From: Gemmatimonadota bacterium
GTDB lineage: Bacteria > Gemmatimonadota > Gemmatimonadetes > Longimicrobiales > Longimicrobiaceae
Direction of reading: 5' to 3'
Assembly: GCA_040905395.1 (NCBI GenBank)
Contig: JBBDRR010000168.1
Location: 6,102-70,101 of the forward strand
Length of the DNA stretch: 64,000 nucleotides
Made by a program: the position numbers and the translations under genes. Position 1 is the stretch's first letter. Every line of letters begins with the position of its first letter. A model generated the notes under the pieces. It worked only from the letters and a program-made list of their open reading frames with translations. It did no database searches and was not told where the DNA came from. Of this stretch, positions 63,507 to 64,000 are shown one piece after another.

Positions 63507-64000
63507 CGATCGAGCGGCACATCATGGAGGAGGAGCGGCAATTCCCGGAGGCGACGGGTGCGCTCAGCAATATCCTCTACGATCTCGCGCTGGCTGCCAA
63601 GCTGATCACCCGTGAGGTCCGTCGCGCCGGTCTGGTCGACATCATGGGCCAGACGGGCGTCGTGAACGTCCACGGCGAAAATGTGAAGAAGCTGGACGAG
63701 TACGCCGACGACGTCATCTTCAAGGCACTCGATCACTGTGGCCATCTCTGCGTCATGGCATCCGAGGAGGCCGAGGAGATCCTCGAGGTCCCACCGAAGT
63801 TCAGGACCGGCAACTACAGCCTGCTCTACGATCCGCTGGACGGCTCGTCCAACATCGACGCCAATATCTCCGTGGGTACCATCTTCTCGATTCATCGGAA
63901 GGTCAGCGAGGGGCCGCGCGGCTCCCTGGAGGACTGTCTTCAACCAGGTTCGCGACAGGTAGCCGCCGGCTACGTCCTCTACGGCTCCTCGACGATGCTG
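63482..64000 (+). CDS. fbp: Fructose-1,6-bisphosphatase class 1; 3' end lies outside the window
   Basis: Not in the ORF track because no stop falls within the window. My translation reads MEMERSVVTIERHIMEEERQFPEATGALS...ASEEAEEI...LYDPLDGSSNIDANISVGTIFSI, matching class 1 FBPase motifs. Confidence 0.9.
   Translation, partial: MEMERSVVTIERHIMEEERQFPEATGALSNILYDLALAAKLITREVRRAGLVDIMGQTGVVNVHGENVKKLDEYADDVIFKALDHCGHLCVMASEEAEEILEVPPKFRTGNYSLLYDPLDGSSNIDANISVGTIFSIHRKVSEGPRGSLEDCLQPGSRQVAAGYVLYGSSTML

Noticed and set aside
1-64000. Defence island, prophage, integrative element, toxin-antitoxin pair, CRISPR-Cas, retron or other mobile or accessory module.
   Set aside because: I recognised no integrase, transposase, recombinase, reverse transcriptase, restriction/modification, Cas, phage structural or TA-like genes in any frame. 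No tRNA gene could serve as an integration site. Gene content and orientation are those of a conserved core region. Composition is broadly uniform apart from the local codon-preference shift noted at rsmA/rex-arcA.

Overview
This is a high-GC bacterial chromosomal segment made up almost entirely of core housekeeping genes. I call 58 CDS, 54 of them on the + strand, and many are joined by 1-4 nt start/stop overlaps. In order the genes are: a partial rsmB/F-like methyltransferase, pheS-pheT, zapA, rny-ymdB, folD, xseA-xseB-ispA-DUF212-dxs-nadK, an OPT transporter, an M14 peptidase, clpB, methylmalonyl-CoA epimerase, trxA, rsmI, a site-2 protease, a JAB-DinG fusion helicase, an FAH hydrolase, lspA, an aminotransferase, a BON-domain protein, yqeY, mutS2-dnaG, recJ-rsmD-coaD, a STAS/RsbW/RsbU-type partner-switching triad, rsmA, rex-arcA, an exonuclease/MBL pair, thiolase, bioY, a CPBP protease, hbd, leucine dehydrogenase, a TonB-dependent receptor, glyA, miaB, comEC and fbp (3' partial). 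The TonB receptor, BON protein and LspA point to a diderm. The REP-like repeat (translating to VIPSEARDP-type junk peptides) and the gene content suggest an uncultured soil lineage such as Gemmatimonadota, but that is only an inference. I saw no rRNA or tRNA genes, CRISPR arrays, transposases, integrases, prophage genes or recognisable defence island. I do not see a convincing new multi-gene system here. The items most worth a second look are: (1) a JAB/MPN+ domain fused to a DinG-type helicase, with a coupled small ORF; (2) two roughly 185-nt intergenic elements whose inverted arms are arrays of 7-mers, one of them splitting pheS from pheT; (3) three sigma-54-type -24/-12 promoters with identical geometry; (4) a perfect Rex operator in front of rex-arcA, in a cluster that also holds thiolase and hbd; (5) a 28-nt hairpin motif that abuts two stop codons; (6) a possible structured RNA after zapA. 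All functional calls come from reading the translations and recognising motifs. No database search was run.
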